A stretch of 64,000 bases of DNA from NCBI RefSeq assembly GCF_009914755.1, contig NC_060925.1; one strand, 5' to 3'. Below, piece by piece: positions 14,601-28,682 of this stretch (position 1 is its first letter; each line of letters starts with the position of its first letter). Under the pieces are notes generated by a model that was not told where the DNA came from, did no database searches, and saw only the letters and a list, made by a program, of their open reading frames with translations. The stretch is from the human T2T-CHM13v2.0 reference genome, Homo sapiens. A program made the position numbers and the translations under genes.

Positions 14601-17600
14601 TGAAATTGAAATGGATGGACTCATCATCGAATGGATTCGAATGGAATCATCAAATGAAATTGATTGAAATCATCATCTAATGGAATCGACTGGAATCATT
14701 GAATGGAATCGAATGGAATCATCATCAGATGCAAATGAATGCAATCATCATAGAATGGAATCGAGTGGATTCATTGAATGGAATCAGATGGAATCATCGA
14801 ATGGACTTGAATGGAATCATTGAATGGACTCGAATGGAATCATTATGGAATGGAATTGAATGGAATCATCGAATGGTCTCGAATGGAATCATTATCAAAT
14901 GGAATCGAATGGAATCACCGAATAGAATCGAATGGAACAATCATCGAATGGACTCAAATGGAATTATCCTCAAATGGAATCGAATGGAATTATCGAATGC
15001 AATCGAATGGAATAATCGAATGCAATCGAATAGAATCATCGAATGGACTTGAAAGGAATCATCGATTGAAATGGAATGGAATAGTCAATGAACTCGAATG
15101 GAATCATCATTGAATGGAATCATCGAGTGGAATCGAATGGAATCATGATCAAATGGAATCGAATGTAATCATCATCAAATGGAATCAAAAATAACCATCA
15201 TCAATTGGTATTGAATGGAATTGTCATCAAACGGAATTCAAAGGAATCATCAACAAATGGAACCGAATGGAATCCTCATTGAATGGAAATGAAAGGAGTC
15301 ATCATCTAATGGAATCGCATGGAATCATCATCAAATGGAATCGAATGGAATCATCATCAAATGGAATCTAATGGAATCATTGAACAGAATTGAATGGAAT
15401 CGTCATCGAATGAATTGAATGCAATCAACGAATGGTCTCGAATGGAACCACATCCAAATGGAATGGAATGGAATCATCGCATAGAATCGAATGGAATTAT
15501 CATCGAATGGACCCGAATGGAATCAACATCAAACGGAATCAAACGGAATTATCGAATGGAATCGAAGAGAATCATCGAACGGGCTCGAATGGAATCATCT
15601 AATGGAATGGAATGGAAGAATCCATGGACTCGAATGCAATCATCATCGAATGGAATCGAATGGAATCATCGAATGGACTCGAATGGAATAATCATTGAAC
15701 GGAATCGAATGGAATCATCATTGGATGGAAACGAATGGAATCATCAAATGGAATCAGATGGAATCATCATCAAATGGAATCGAATAGAATTATGGAATGA
15801 AATCCATTGTGATCATCATCGAATGCACTCGAATGGAATCATCATCCAATGGAAACTAATGGAATCAACATCGAATGGAATCGAATGGAAACACCATCGA
15901 ATTGAAACGAATGGAATTATCATGAAATTGAAATGGATGGACTCATCATCGAATGGATTCGAATGGAATCATCGAATGAAATTGATTGAAATCATCATCA
16001 AATGGAATCGAAAGGAATCATTGAATGGAATCGAATGGAATCATCATCAGATGGAAATGAATGGAATCATCATAGAATGGAATCGCATGGATTCATTGAA
16101 TGGAATCAGATGGAATCATCGAATGGACTTGAATGGAATCGTTGAATGGACTCGAATGGAATCATTATTGAATGGAATTGAATAGAATCATCGAATGGTC
16201 TCGAATGGAATCATTATCAAATGAAGTCGAATGGAATCACCGAATAGAATCGAATGGAACAATCATCGAATGGACTCAAATGGAATTATCTTCAAATGGA
16301 ATCAAATGGATTTATCGAATGCAATCGAATGGAATTATCGAATGCAATCGAATAGAATCATCGAATGGACTCGAATGGAATCATCGAATGGAATGCAATG
16401 GATTAATCCATGGACTCGAATTCAATCACCATCGAATACAATCGAATGGAGTCATCGAATCGACTCAAATGGAATAATCATTGAATGGAATCGAATGGAA
16501 TCATCGAGTGGAATCGAATGGAATCATGATCAAATGAAATCGAATGTAATCATCATCAAATGGAATCAAAAATAAACATCATCAATAGGTATTGAATGGA
16601 ATTGTCATCAAACGGAATTCAAAGGAATCATCATCAAATGGAACCGAATGGAATCCTCATTGAATGGAAATGAAAGGAGTCATCATCTAATGGAATCGCA
16701 TGGAATCATCATCAAATGGAATCGAATGGAATCGTCATTAAATGGAATCTAATGGAATCATTGAACGGAATTGAATGGAATCGTCATCGAATGAATTCAA
16801 TGCAATCAACGAATGGTCTCGAATGGAACCACCTCCAAATGGAATGGAATGGAATCATCGCATAGAATCGAATGGAATTATCATCGAATGGATTCGAATG
16901 GAATCAACATCAAACGGGATCAAACGGAATTATCGAATGGAATCGAAGAGAATCATCGAACGGACTCGAATGGAATCATCTAATGGAATGGAATGGAAGA
17001 ATCCATGGACTCGAATGCAATCATCATCGAATGGAATCGAATGGAATCATTGAATGGACTCGAATGGAATAATCATTGAATGGAATCGAATGGAATCATC
17101 ATCGGATGGAAACGAATGGAATCATCAAATGGAATCAGATGGAATCATCATCAAATGGAATCGAATAGAATTATGGAATGAAATCCATTGTGATCATCAT
17201 CGAATGGACTCGAATGGAATCATCATCCAATGGAAACTAATGGAATCAACATCGAATGGAATCGAATGGAAACTCCATCGAATTGAATCGAATGGAATTA
17301 TCATGAAATTGAAATGGATGGACTCATCATCGAATGGATTCGAATGGAATCATCGAATGAAATTGATTGAAATCATCATCTAATGGAATCGAATGGAATC
17401 ATTGAATGGAATCGAATGGAATCATCATCAGATGGAAATGAATGGAATCATCATAGAATGGAATCGAGTGGATTCATTGAATGGAATCAGATGGAATCAT
17501 CGAATGGACTTGAATGGAATCATTGAATGGACTCGAATGGAATCATTATTGAATGGAATTGAATGGAATCATCGAATGGTCTCGAATGGAATCATTATCA

Positions 17601-20600
17601 AATGGAATCGAATGGAATCACCGAATAGAATCGAATGGAACAATCAACGAATGGACTCAAATGGAATTATCCTCAAATGGAATCGAATGGAATTATTGAA
17701 TGCAATCGAATGGAATAATCGAATGCAATCGAATAGAATCATCGAATGGACTTGAAAGGAAACTTCGATTGAAATGGAATGGAATAGTCAATGAACTCGA
17801 ATGGAATCATCATTGAATGGAATCATCGAGTGGAATCGATTGGAATCATGATCAAATGGAATCGAATGTAATCATCATCAAATGGAATCAAAAATAACCA
17901 TCATCAATTGGTATTGAATGGAATTGTCATCAAACGGAATTCAAAGGAATCATCAACAAATGGAACCGAATGGAATCCTCATTGAATGGAAATGAAAGGA
18001 GTCATCATCTAATGGAATCGCATGGAATCATCATCAAATGGAATCGAATGGAATCATCATCAAATGGAATCTAATGGAATCATTGAACGGAATTGAATGG
18101 AATCGTCATCGAATGAATTGAATGCAATCAACGAATGGTCTCGAATGGAACCACATCCAAATGGAATGGAATGGAATCATCGCATAGAATCGAATGGAAT
18201 TACCATCGAATGGACCCGAATGGAATCAACATCAAAAGGAATCAAACGGAATTATCGAATGGAATCGAAGAGAATCATCGAACAGGCTCGAATGGAATCA
18301 TCTAATGGAATGGAATGGAAGAATCCATGGACTCGAATGCAATCATCATCGAATGGAATCGAATGGAATCATCGAATGGACTCGAATGGAATAATCATTG
18401 AACGGAATCGAATGGAATCATCATCGGATGGAAACGAATGGAATCATCATCGAATGGAATCGAATGGGATCATCAAATGGAATCAGATGGAATCATCATC
18501 AAATGGAATCGAATAGAATTATGGAATGAAATCCAATGTGATCATCATTGAATGGACTCGAATGGAATCATCATCCAATGGAAACTAATGGAATCAACAT
18601 CGAATGGAATCGAATGGAAACACCATCGAATTGAAACGAATGGAATTGTCATGAAATTGAAATGGATGGACTCATCATCGAATGGATTCGAATGGAATCA
18701 TCGAATGAAATTGATTGAAATCATCATCAAATGGAATCGAAAGGAATCATTGAATGCAATCGAATGGAATCATCATCAGATGGAAATGAATGGAATCATC
18801 ATAGAATGGAATCGCATGGATTCATTGAATGGAATCAGATGGAATCATCGAATGGACTTGAATGGAATCGTTGAATGGACTCGAATGGAATCATTATTGA
18901 ATGGAATTGAATAGAATCATCGAATGGTCTCGAATGGAATCATTATCAAATGAAGTCGAATGGAATCACCGAATAGAATCGAATGGAACAATCATCGAAT
19001 GGACTCAAATGGAATTATCTTCAAATGGAATCAAATGGATTTATCGAATGCAATCGAATGGAATTATCGAATGCAATCGAATAGAATCATCGAATGGACT
19101 CGAATGGAATCATCGAATGGAATGCAATGGATTAATCCATGGACTCGAATTCAATCACCATCGAATACAATCGAATGGAGTCATCGAATCGACTCAAATG
19201 GAATAATCATTGAATGGAATCGAATGGAATCATCGAGTGGAATCGAATGGAATCATTATCAAATGGAATCGAATGTAATCATCATCAAATGGAATCAAAA
19301 ATAAACATCATCAATAGGTATTGAATGGAATTGTCATCAAACGGAATTCAAAGGAATCATCATCAAATGGAACCGAATGGAATCCTCATTGAATGGAAAT
19401 GAAAGGAGTCATCATCTAATGGAATCGCATGGAATCATCATCAAATGGAATCGAATGGAATCGTCATTAAATGGAATCTAATGGAATCATTGAACGGAAT
19501 TGAATGGAATCGTCATCGAATGAATTCAATGCAATCAAGGAATAGTCTCGAATGGAACCACCTCCAAATGGAATGGAATGGAATCATCGCATAGAATCGA
19601 ATGGAATTATCATCGAATGGATTCGAATGGAATCAACATCAAACGGGATCAAACGGAATTATCGAATGGAATCGAAGAGAATCATCGAACGGACTCGAAT
19701 GGAATCATCTAATGGAATGGAATGGAAGAATCCATGGACTCGAATGCAATCATCATCGAATGGAATCGAATGGAATCATTGAATGGACTCGAATGGAATA
19801 ATCATTGAATGGAATCGAATGGAATCATCATCGGATGGAAACGTATGGAATCATCAAATGGAATCAGATGGAATCGTCATCAAATGGAATCGAATAGAAT
19901 TATGGAATGAAATCCATTGTGATCATCATCGAATGGACTCGAATGGAATCATCATCCAATGGAAACTAATGGAATCAACATCGAATGGAATCGAATGGAA
20001 ACTCCATCGAATTGAATCGAATGGAATTATCATGAAATTGAAATGGATGGACTCATCATCGAATGGATTCGAATGGAATCATCGAATGAAATTGATTGAA
20101 ATCATCATCAAATGGAATCGAATGGAATCATTGAATGGAATCGAATGGAATCATCATCAGATGGAAATGAATGGAATCATCATAGAATGGAATCGAGTGG
20201 ATTCATTGAATGGAATCAGATGGAATCATCGAATGGACTTGAATGAAATCATTGAATGGACTCGAATGGAATCATTATTGAATGGAATTGAATGGAATCA
20301 TCGAATGGTCTCGAATGGAATCATTATCAAATGGAATCGAATGGAATCACCGAATAGAATCGAATGGAACAATCATCGAATGGACTCAAATGGAATTATC
20401 CTCAAATGGAATCGAATGGAATTATCGAATGCAATCGAATGGAATAATCGAATGCAATCGAATAGAATCATCGAATGGACTTGAAAGGAATCATCGATTG
20501 AAATGGAATGGAATAGTCAATGAACTCGAATGGAATCATCATTGAATGGAATCATCGAGTGGAATCGAATGGAATCATGATCAAATGGAATCGAATGTAA

Positions 20601-22232
20601 TCATCATCAAATGGAATCAAAAATAACCATCATCAATTGGTATTGAATGGAATTGTCATCAAACGGAATTCAAAGGAATCATCAACAAATGGAACCGAAT
20701 GGAATCCTCATTGAATGGAAATGAAAGGAGTCATCATCTAATGGAATCGCATGGAATCATCATCAAATGGAATCGAATGGAATCATCATCAAATGGAATC
20801 TAATGGAAACATTGAACGGAATTGAATGGAATCGTCATCGAATCAATTGAATGCAATCAACGAATGGTCTCGAATGGAACCACATCCAAATGGAATGGAA
20901 TGGAATCATCGCATAGAATCGAATGGAATTATCATCGAATGGACCCGAATGGAATCAACATCAAACGGAATCAAACGGAATTATCGAATGGAATCGAAGA
21001 GAATCATCGAACGGGGTCGAATGGAATCATCAAATGGAATGGAATGGAAGAATCCATGGACTCGAATGCAATCATCATCGAATGGAATCGAATGGAATCA
21101 TCGAATGGACTCGAATGGAATAATCATTGAACGGAATCGAATGGAATCATCATCGGATGGAAACGAATGGAATCATCATCGAATGGAATCGAATGGGATC
21201 ATCAATTGGAATCAGATGGAATCATGATCAAATGGAATCGAATAGAATTATGGAATGAAATCCAATGTGATCATCATTGAATGGACTCGAATTGAATCAT
21301 CATCCAATGGAAACTAATGGAATCAACATCGAATGGAATCGAATGGAAACACCATCGAATTGAAACGAATGGAATTATCATGAAATTGAAATGGATGGAC
21401 TCATCATCGAATGGATTCGAACGGAATCATCGAATGAAATTGATTGAAATCATCATCAAATGGAATCGAAAGGAATCATTGAATGGAATCGAATGGAATC
21501 ATCATCAGATGGAAATGAATGGAATCATCATAGAATGGAATCGAATGGATTCATTGAGTGAAATCAGATGGAATCATCGAATGGACTTGAATGGAATCGT
21601 TGAATGGACTCGAATGGAATCATTATTGAATGGAATTGAATAGAATCATCGAATGGTCTCGAATGGAATCATTATCAAATGAAGTCGAATGGAATCACCG
21701 AATAGAATCGAATGGAACAATCATCGAATGGACTCAAATGGAATTATCCTCAAATGGAATCAAATGGATTTATCGAATGCAATCGAATGGAATTATCGAA
21801 TACAATCGAATAGAATCATCGAATGGACTCGAATGGAATCATCGAGTGGAATGCAATGGATTAATCCATGGACTCGAATTCAATCACCATCGAATACAAT
21901 CGAATGGAGTCATCGAATCGACTCAAATGGAATAATCATTGAATGGAATCGAATGGAATCATCGAGTGGAATCGAATGGAATCATGATCAAATGGTATCG
22001 AATGTAATCATCATCAAATGGAATCAAAAATAAACATCATCAATAGGTATTGAATGGAATTGTCATCAAACGGTATTCAAAGGAATCATCATCAAATGGA
22101 ACCGAATGGAATCCTCATTGAATGGAAATGAAAGGAGTCATCATCTAATGGAATCGCATGGAATCATCATCAAATGGAATCGAATGGAATCATCATCAAA
22201 TGGAATCTAATGGAATCATTGAACGGAATTGA
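479..22232 (+). repeat. Domain of strict A-B alternation (2729-bp dimer, 2703 bp where one 26-bp unit is missing)
   Basis: Monomer lengths alternate 1296/1322 with 1407 (once 1381) over 16 monomers. Confidence 0.9.
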
Positions 22233-25200
22233 ATGGAATCGTCATCGAATGAATTGAATGCAATCAACGAATGGTCTCGAATGGAACCACCTCCAAATGG
22301 AATGGAATGGAATCATCGCATAGAATCGAATGGAATTATCATCGAATGGACTCGAATGGAATCAACATCAAACGGAATCAAACGGAATTATCGAATGGAA
22401 TCGAAGAGAATCATCGAACGGACTCGAATGGAATCATCTAATGGAATGGAATGGAAGAATCCATGGACTCGAATGCAATCATCATCGAATGGAATCGAAT
22501 GGAATCATCGAATGGACTCGAATGGAATAATCATTGAACGGAATCGAATGAATCATCATCGGATGGAAACGAATGGAATCATCATCGAATGGAATCGAAT
22601 GGGATCATCAAATGGAATCAGATGGAATCATCATCAAATGGAATCGAATAGAATTATGGAATGAAATCCAATGTGATCATCATTGAATGGACTCGAATGG
22701 AATCATCATCCAATGGAAACTAATGGAATCAACATCGAATGGAATCGAATGGAAACACCATCGAATTGAAACGAATGGAATTATCATGAAATTGAAATGG
22801 ATGGACTCATCATCGAATGGATTCGAACGGAATCATCGAATGAAATTGATTGAAATCATCATCAAATGGAATCGAAAGGAATCATTGAATGGAATCGAAT
22901 GGAATCATCATCAGATGGAAATGAATGGAATCATCATAGAATGGAATCGAATGGATTCATTGAGTGAAATCAGATGGAATCATCGAATGGACTTGAATGG
23001 AATCGTTGAATGGACTCGAATGGAATCATTATTGAATGGAATTGAATAGAATCATCGAATGGTCTCGAATGGAATCATTATCAAATGAAGTCGAATGGAA
23101 TCACCGAATAGAATCGAATGGAACAATCATCGAATGGACTCAAATGGAATTATCCTCAAATGGAATCAAATGGATTTATCGAATGCAATCGAATGGAATT
23201 ATCGAATGCAATCGAATAGAATCATCGAATGGACTCGAATGGAATCATCGAGTGGAATGCAATGGATTAATCCATGGACTCGAATTCAATCACCATCGAA
23301 TACAATCGAATGGAGTCATCGAATCGACTCAAATGGAATAATCATTGAATGGAATCGAATGGAATCATCGAGTGGAATCGAATGGAATCATGATCAAATG
23401 GAATCGAATGTAATCATCATCAAATGGAATCAAAAATAAACATCATCAATTGGTATTGAATGGAATTGTCATCAAACGGAATTCAAAGGAATCATCATCA
23501 AATGTAACCGAATGGAATCCTCATTGAATGGAAATGAAAAGAGTCATCATCTAATGGAATCGCATGGAATCATCATCAAATGGAATCGAATGGAATCATC
23601 ATCAAATGGAATCTAATGGAATCATTGAACGGAATTGAATGGAATCGTCATCGAATGAATTCAATGCAATCAACGAATGGTCTCGAATGGAACCACCTCC
23701 AAATGGAATGGAATGGAATCATCGCATAGAATCGAATGGAATTATCATCGAATGGACTCGAATGGAATCAACATCAAACGGAATCAAACGGAATTATCGA
23801 ATGGAATCGAAGAGAATCATCGAACGGACTCGAATGGAATCATCTAATGGAATGGAATGGAAGAATCCATGGACTCGAATGCAATCATCATCGAATGGAA
23901 TCGAATGGAATCATCGAATGGACTCGAATGGAATAATCATTGAACGGAATCGAATGAATCATCATCGGATGGAAACGAATGGAATCATCATCGAATGGAA
24001 TCGAATGGGATCATCAAATGGTATCAGATGGAATCATCATCAAATGGAATCGAATAGAATTATGGAATGAAATCCAATGTGATCATCATTGAATGGACTC
24101 GAATGGAAACATCATCCAATGGAAAGTAATGGAATCAACATCGAATGGAATCGAATGGAAACACCATCGAATTGAAACGAATGGAATTATCATGAAATTG
24201 AAATGGATGGACTCATCATCGAATGGATTCGAATGGAATCATCGAATGAAATTGATTGAAATCATCATCAAATTGAATCGAAAGGAATCATTGAATGGAA
24301 TCGAATGGAATCATCATCAGATGGAAATGAATGGAATCATCATAGAATGGAATCGCATGGATTCATTGAATGGAATCAGATGGAATCATCGAATGGGCTT
24401 GAATGGAATCGTTGAATGGACTCGAATGGAATCATTATGGAATGGAATTGAATAGAATCATCAAATGGTCTCGAATGGAATCATTATCAAATGAAGTCGA
24501 ATGGAATCACCGAATAGAATCGAATGGAACAATCATCGAATGGACTCAAATGGAATTATCCTCAAATGGAATCAAATGGATTTATCGAATGCAATCGAAT
24601 GGAATTATCGAATGCAATCGAATAGAATCATCGAATGGACTCGAATGGAATCATCGAGTGGAATGCAATGGATTAATCCATGGACTCGAATTCAATCACC
24701 ATCGAATACAATCGAATGGAGTCATCGAATCGACTCAAATGGAATAATCATTGAATGGAATCGAATGGAATCATCGAGTGGAATCTAATGGAATCATGAT
24801 CAAATGGAATCGAATGTAATCATCATCAAATGGAATCAAAAATAAACATCATCAATTGGTATTGAATGGAATTGTCATCAAACGGAATTCGAAAGAATCA
24901 TCATCAAATGGAACCGAATGGAATCCTCATTGAATGGAAATGAAAGGAGTCTTCATCTAATGGAATCGCATGGAATCATCATCAAATGGAATCGAATGGA
25001 ATCATCATCAAATGGAATCTAATGGAATCATTGAACGGAATTGAATGGAATCGTCATCGAATGAATTCAATGCAATCAACGAATGGTCTCGAATGGAACC
25101 ACCTCCAAATGGAATGGAATGGAATCATCGCATAGAATCGAATGGAATTATCATCGAATGGACTCGAATGGAATCAAAATCAAATGGAATCAAACGGAAT

Positions 25201-27857
25201 TATCGAATGGAATCGAAGAGAATCATCGAACGGACTCGAATGGAATCATCTAATGGAATGGAATGGAAGAATCCATGGACTCGAATGCAATCATCATCGA
25301 ATGGAATCGAATGGAATCATCGAATGGACTCGAATGGAATAATCATTGAACGGAATCGAATGAATCATGATCGGATGGAAACGAATGGAATCATCATCGA
25401 ATGGAATCGAATGAGATCATCAAATGGAATCAGATGGAATCATGATCAAATGGAATCGAATAGAATTATGGAATGAAATCCAATGTGATCATCATTGAAT
25501 GGACTCGAATGGAATCATCATCCAATGGAAACTAATGGAATCAACATCGAATGGAATCGAATGGAAACACCATCGAATTGAAACGAATGGAATTATCATG
25601 AAATTGAAATGGATGGACTCATCATCGAATGGATTCGAACGGAATCATCGAATGAAATTGATTGAAATCATCATCAAATGGAATCGAAAGGAATCATTGA
25701 ATGGAATCGAATGGAATCATCATCAGATGGAAATGAATGGAATCATCATAGAATGGAATCGAATGGATTCATTGAGTGAAATCAGATGGAATCATCGAAT
25801 GGACTTGAATGGAATCGTTGAATGGACTCGAATGGAATCATTATTGAATGGAATTGAATAGAATCATCGAATGGTCTCGAATGGAATCATTATCAAATGA
25901 AGTCGAATGGAATCACCGAATAGAATCGAATGGAACAATCATCGAATGGACTCAAATGGAATTATCCTCAAATGGAATCAAATGGATTTATCGAATGCAA
26001 TCGAATGGAATTATCGAATACAATCGAATAGAATCATCGAATGGACTCGAATGGAATCATCGAGTGGAATGCAATGGATTAATCCATGGACTCGAATTCA
26101 ATCACCATCGAATACAATCGAATGGAGTCATCGAATTGACTCAAATGGAATAATCATTGAATGGAATCGAATGGAATCATCGAGTGGAATCGAATGGAAT
26201 CATGATCAAATGGAATCGAATGTAATCATCATCAAATGGAATCAAAAATAACCATCATCAATTGGTATTGAATGGAATTGTCATCAAACGGAATTCAAAG
26301 GAATCATCAACAAATGGAACCGAATGGAATCCTCATTGAATGGAAATGAAAGGAGTCATCATCTAATGGAATCGCATGGAATCATCATCAAATGGAATCG
26401 AATGGAATCATCATCAAATGGAATCTAATGGAATCATTGAACGGAATTGAATGGAATCGTCATCGAATGAATTGAATGCAATCAACGAATGGTCTCGAAT
26501 GGAACCACATCCAAATGGAATGGAATGGAATCATCGCATAGAATCGAATGGAATTATCATCGAATGGACCCGAGTGGAATCAACATCAAACGGAATCAAA
26601 CGGAATTATCGAATGGAATCGAAGAGAATCATCGAACGGGCTCGAATGGAATCATCTAATGGAATGGAAAGGAAGAATCCATGGACTCGAATGCAATCAT
26701 CATCGAATGGAATCGAATGGAATCATCGAATGGACTCGAATGGAATAATCATTGAACGGAATCGAATGGAATCATCATCGGATGGAAACGAATGGAATCA
26801 TCATCGAATGGAATCGAATGGGATCATCAAATGGAATCAGATGGAATCATCATCAAATGGAATCGAATAGAATTATGGAATGAAATCCAATGTGATCATC
26901 ATTGAATGGACTCGAATGGAATCATCATCCAATGGAAACTAATGGAATCAACATCGAATGGAATCGAATGGAAACACCATCGAATTGAAACGAATGGAAT
27001 TGTCATGAAATTGAAATGGATGGACTCATCATCGAATGGATTCGAATGGAATCATCGAATGAAATTGATTGAAATCATCATCAAATGGAATCGAAAGGAA
27101 TCATTGAATGCAATCGAATGGAATCATCATCAGATGGAAATGAATGGAATCATCATAGAATGGAATCGCATGGATTCATTGAATGGAATCAGATGGAATA
27201 ATCGAATGGACTTGAATGGAATCGTTGAATGGACTCGAATGGAATCATTATTGAATGGAATTGAATAGAATCATCGAATGGTCTCGAATGGAATCATTAT
27301 CAAATGAAGTCGAATGGAATCACCGAATAGAATCGAATGGAACAATCATCGAATGGACTCAAATGGAATTATCTTCAAATGGAATCAAATGGATTTATCG
27401 AATGCAATCGAATGGAATTATCGAATGCAATCGAATAGAATCATTGAATGGACTCGAATGGAATCATCGAATGGAATGCAATGGATTAATCCATGGACTC
27501 GAATTCAATCACCATCGAATACAATCGAATGGAGTCATCGAATCGACTCAAATGGAATAATCATTGAATGAAATCGAATGGAATCATCGAGTGGAATCGA
27601 ATGGAATCATGATCAAATGGAATCGAATGTAATCATCATCAAATGGAATCAAAAATAAACATCATCAATAGGTATTGAATGGAATTGTCATCAAACGGAA
27701 TTCAAAGGAATCATCATCAAATGGAACCGAATGGAATCCTCATTGAATGGAAATGAAAGGAGTCATCACCTAATGGAATCGCATGGAATCATCATCAAAT
27801 GGAATCGAATGGAATCATCATCAAATGGAATCTAATGGAATCATTGAACGGAATTGA
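20826..27857 (+). repeat. Run of five consecutive B-type monomers (1407, 1406, 1406, 1406, 1407)
   Basis: Landmark spacing. Each monomer carries the B-specific block GGATTAATCCATGGACTCGAATTCAATCACC. The 1406-bp copies share a 1-bp deletion (CGAATGAATCAT at ~22545, 23951, 25357). Confidence 0.9.
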
Positions 27858-28682
27858 ATGGAATCGTCATCGAATGAATTCAATGCAATCAACGAATGGT
27901 CTCGAATGGAACCACCTCCAAATGGAATGGAATGGAATCATCGCATAGAATCGAATGGAATTATCATCGAATGGACTCGAATGGAATCAACATCAAACGG
28001 AATCAAACGGAATTATCGAATGGAATCGAAGAGAATCATCGAACGGACTCGAATGGAATCATCTAATGGAATGGAATTGAAGAATCCATGGACTCGAATG
28101 CAATCATCATCGAATGGAATCGAATGGAATCATCGAATGGACTCGAATGGAATAATCATTGAACGGAATCGAATGGAATCTTCATCGGATGGAAACGAAT
28201 GGAATCATCAAATGGAATCAGATGGAATCATCATCAAATGGAATCGAATAGAATTATGGAATGAAATCCATTGTGATCATCATCGAATGGACTCGAATGG
28301 AATCATCATCCAATGGAAACTAATGGAATCAACATCGAATGGAATCGAATGGAAACACCATCGAATTGAAACGAATGGAATTATCATGAAATAGAAATGG
28401 ATGGACTCATCATCGAATGGATTCGAATGGAATCATCGAACGAAATTGATTGAAATCATCATGAAATGGAATCGAATGGAATCATTGAATGGAATCGAAT
28501 GGAATCATCATGAGATGGAAATGAATGGAATCATCATAGAATGGAATCGAATGGATTCATTGAATGGAATCAGATGGAATCATCGAATGGACTTGAATGG
28601 AATCGTTCAATGGACTCGAATGGAATCATTATTGAATGGAATTGAATGGAATCATCGAATGGACTCGAATGGAATCATCGAA

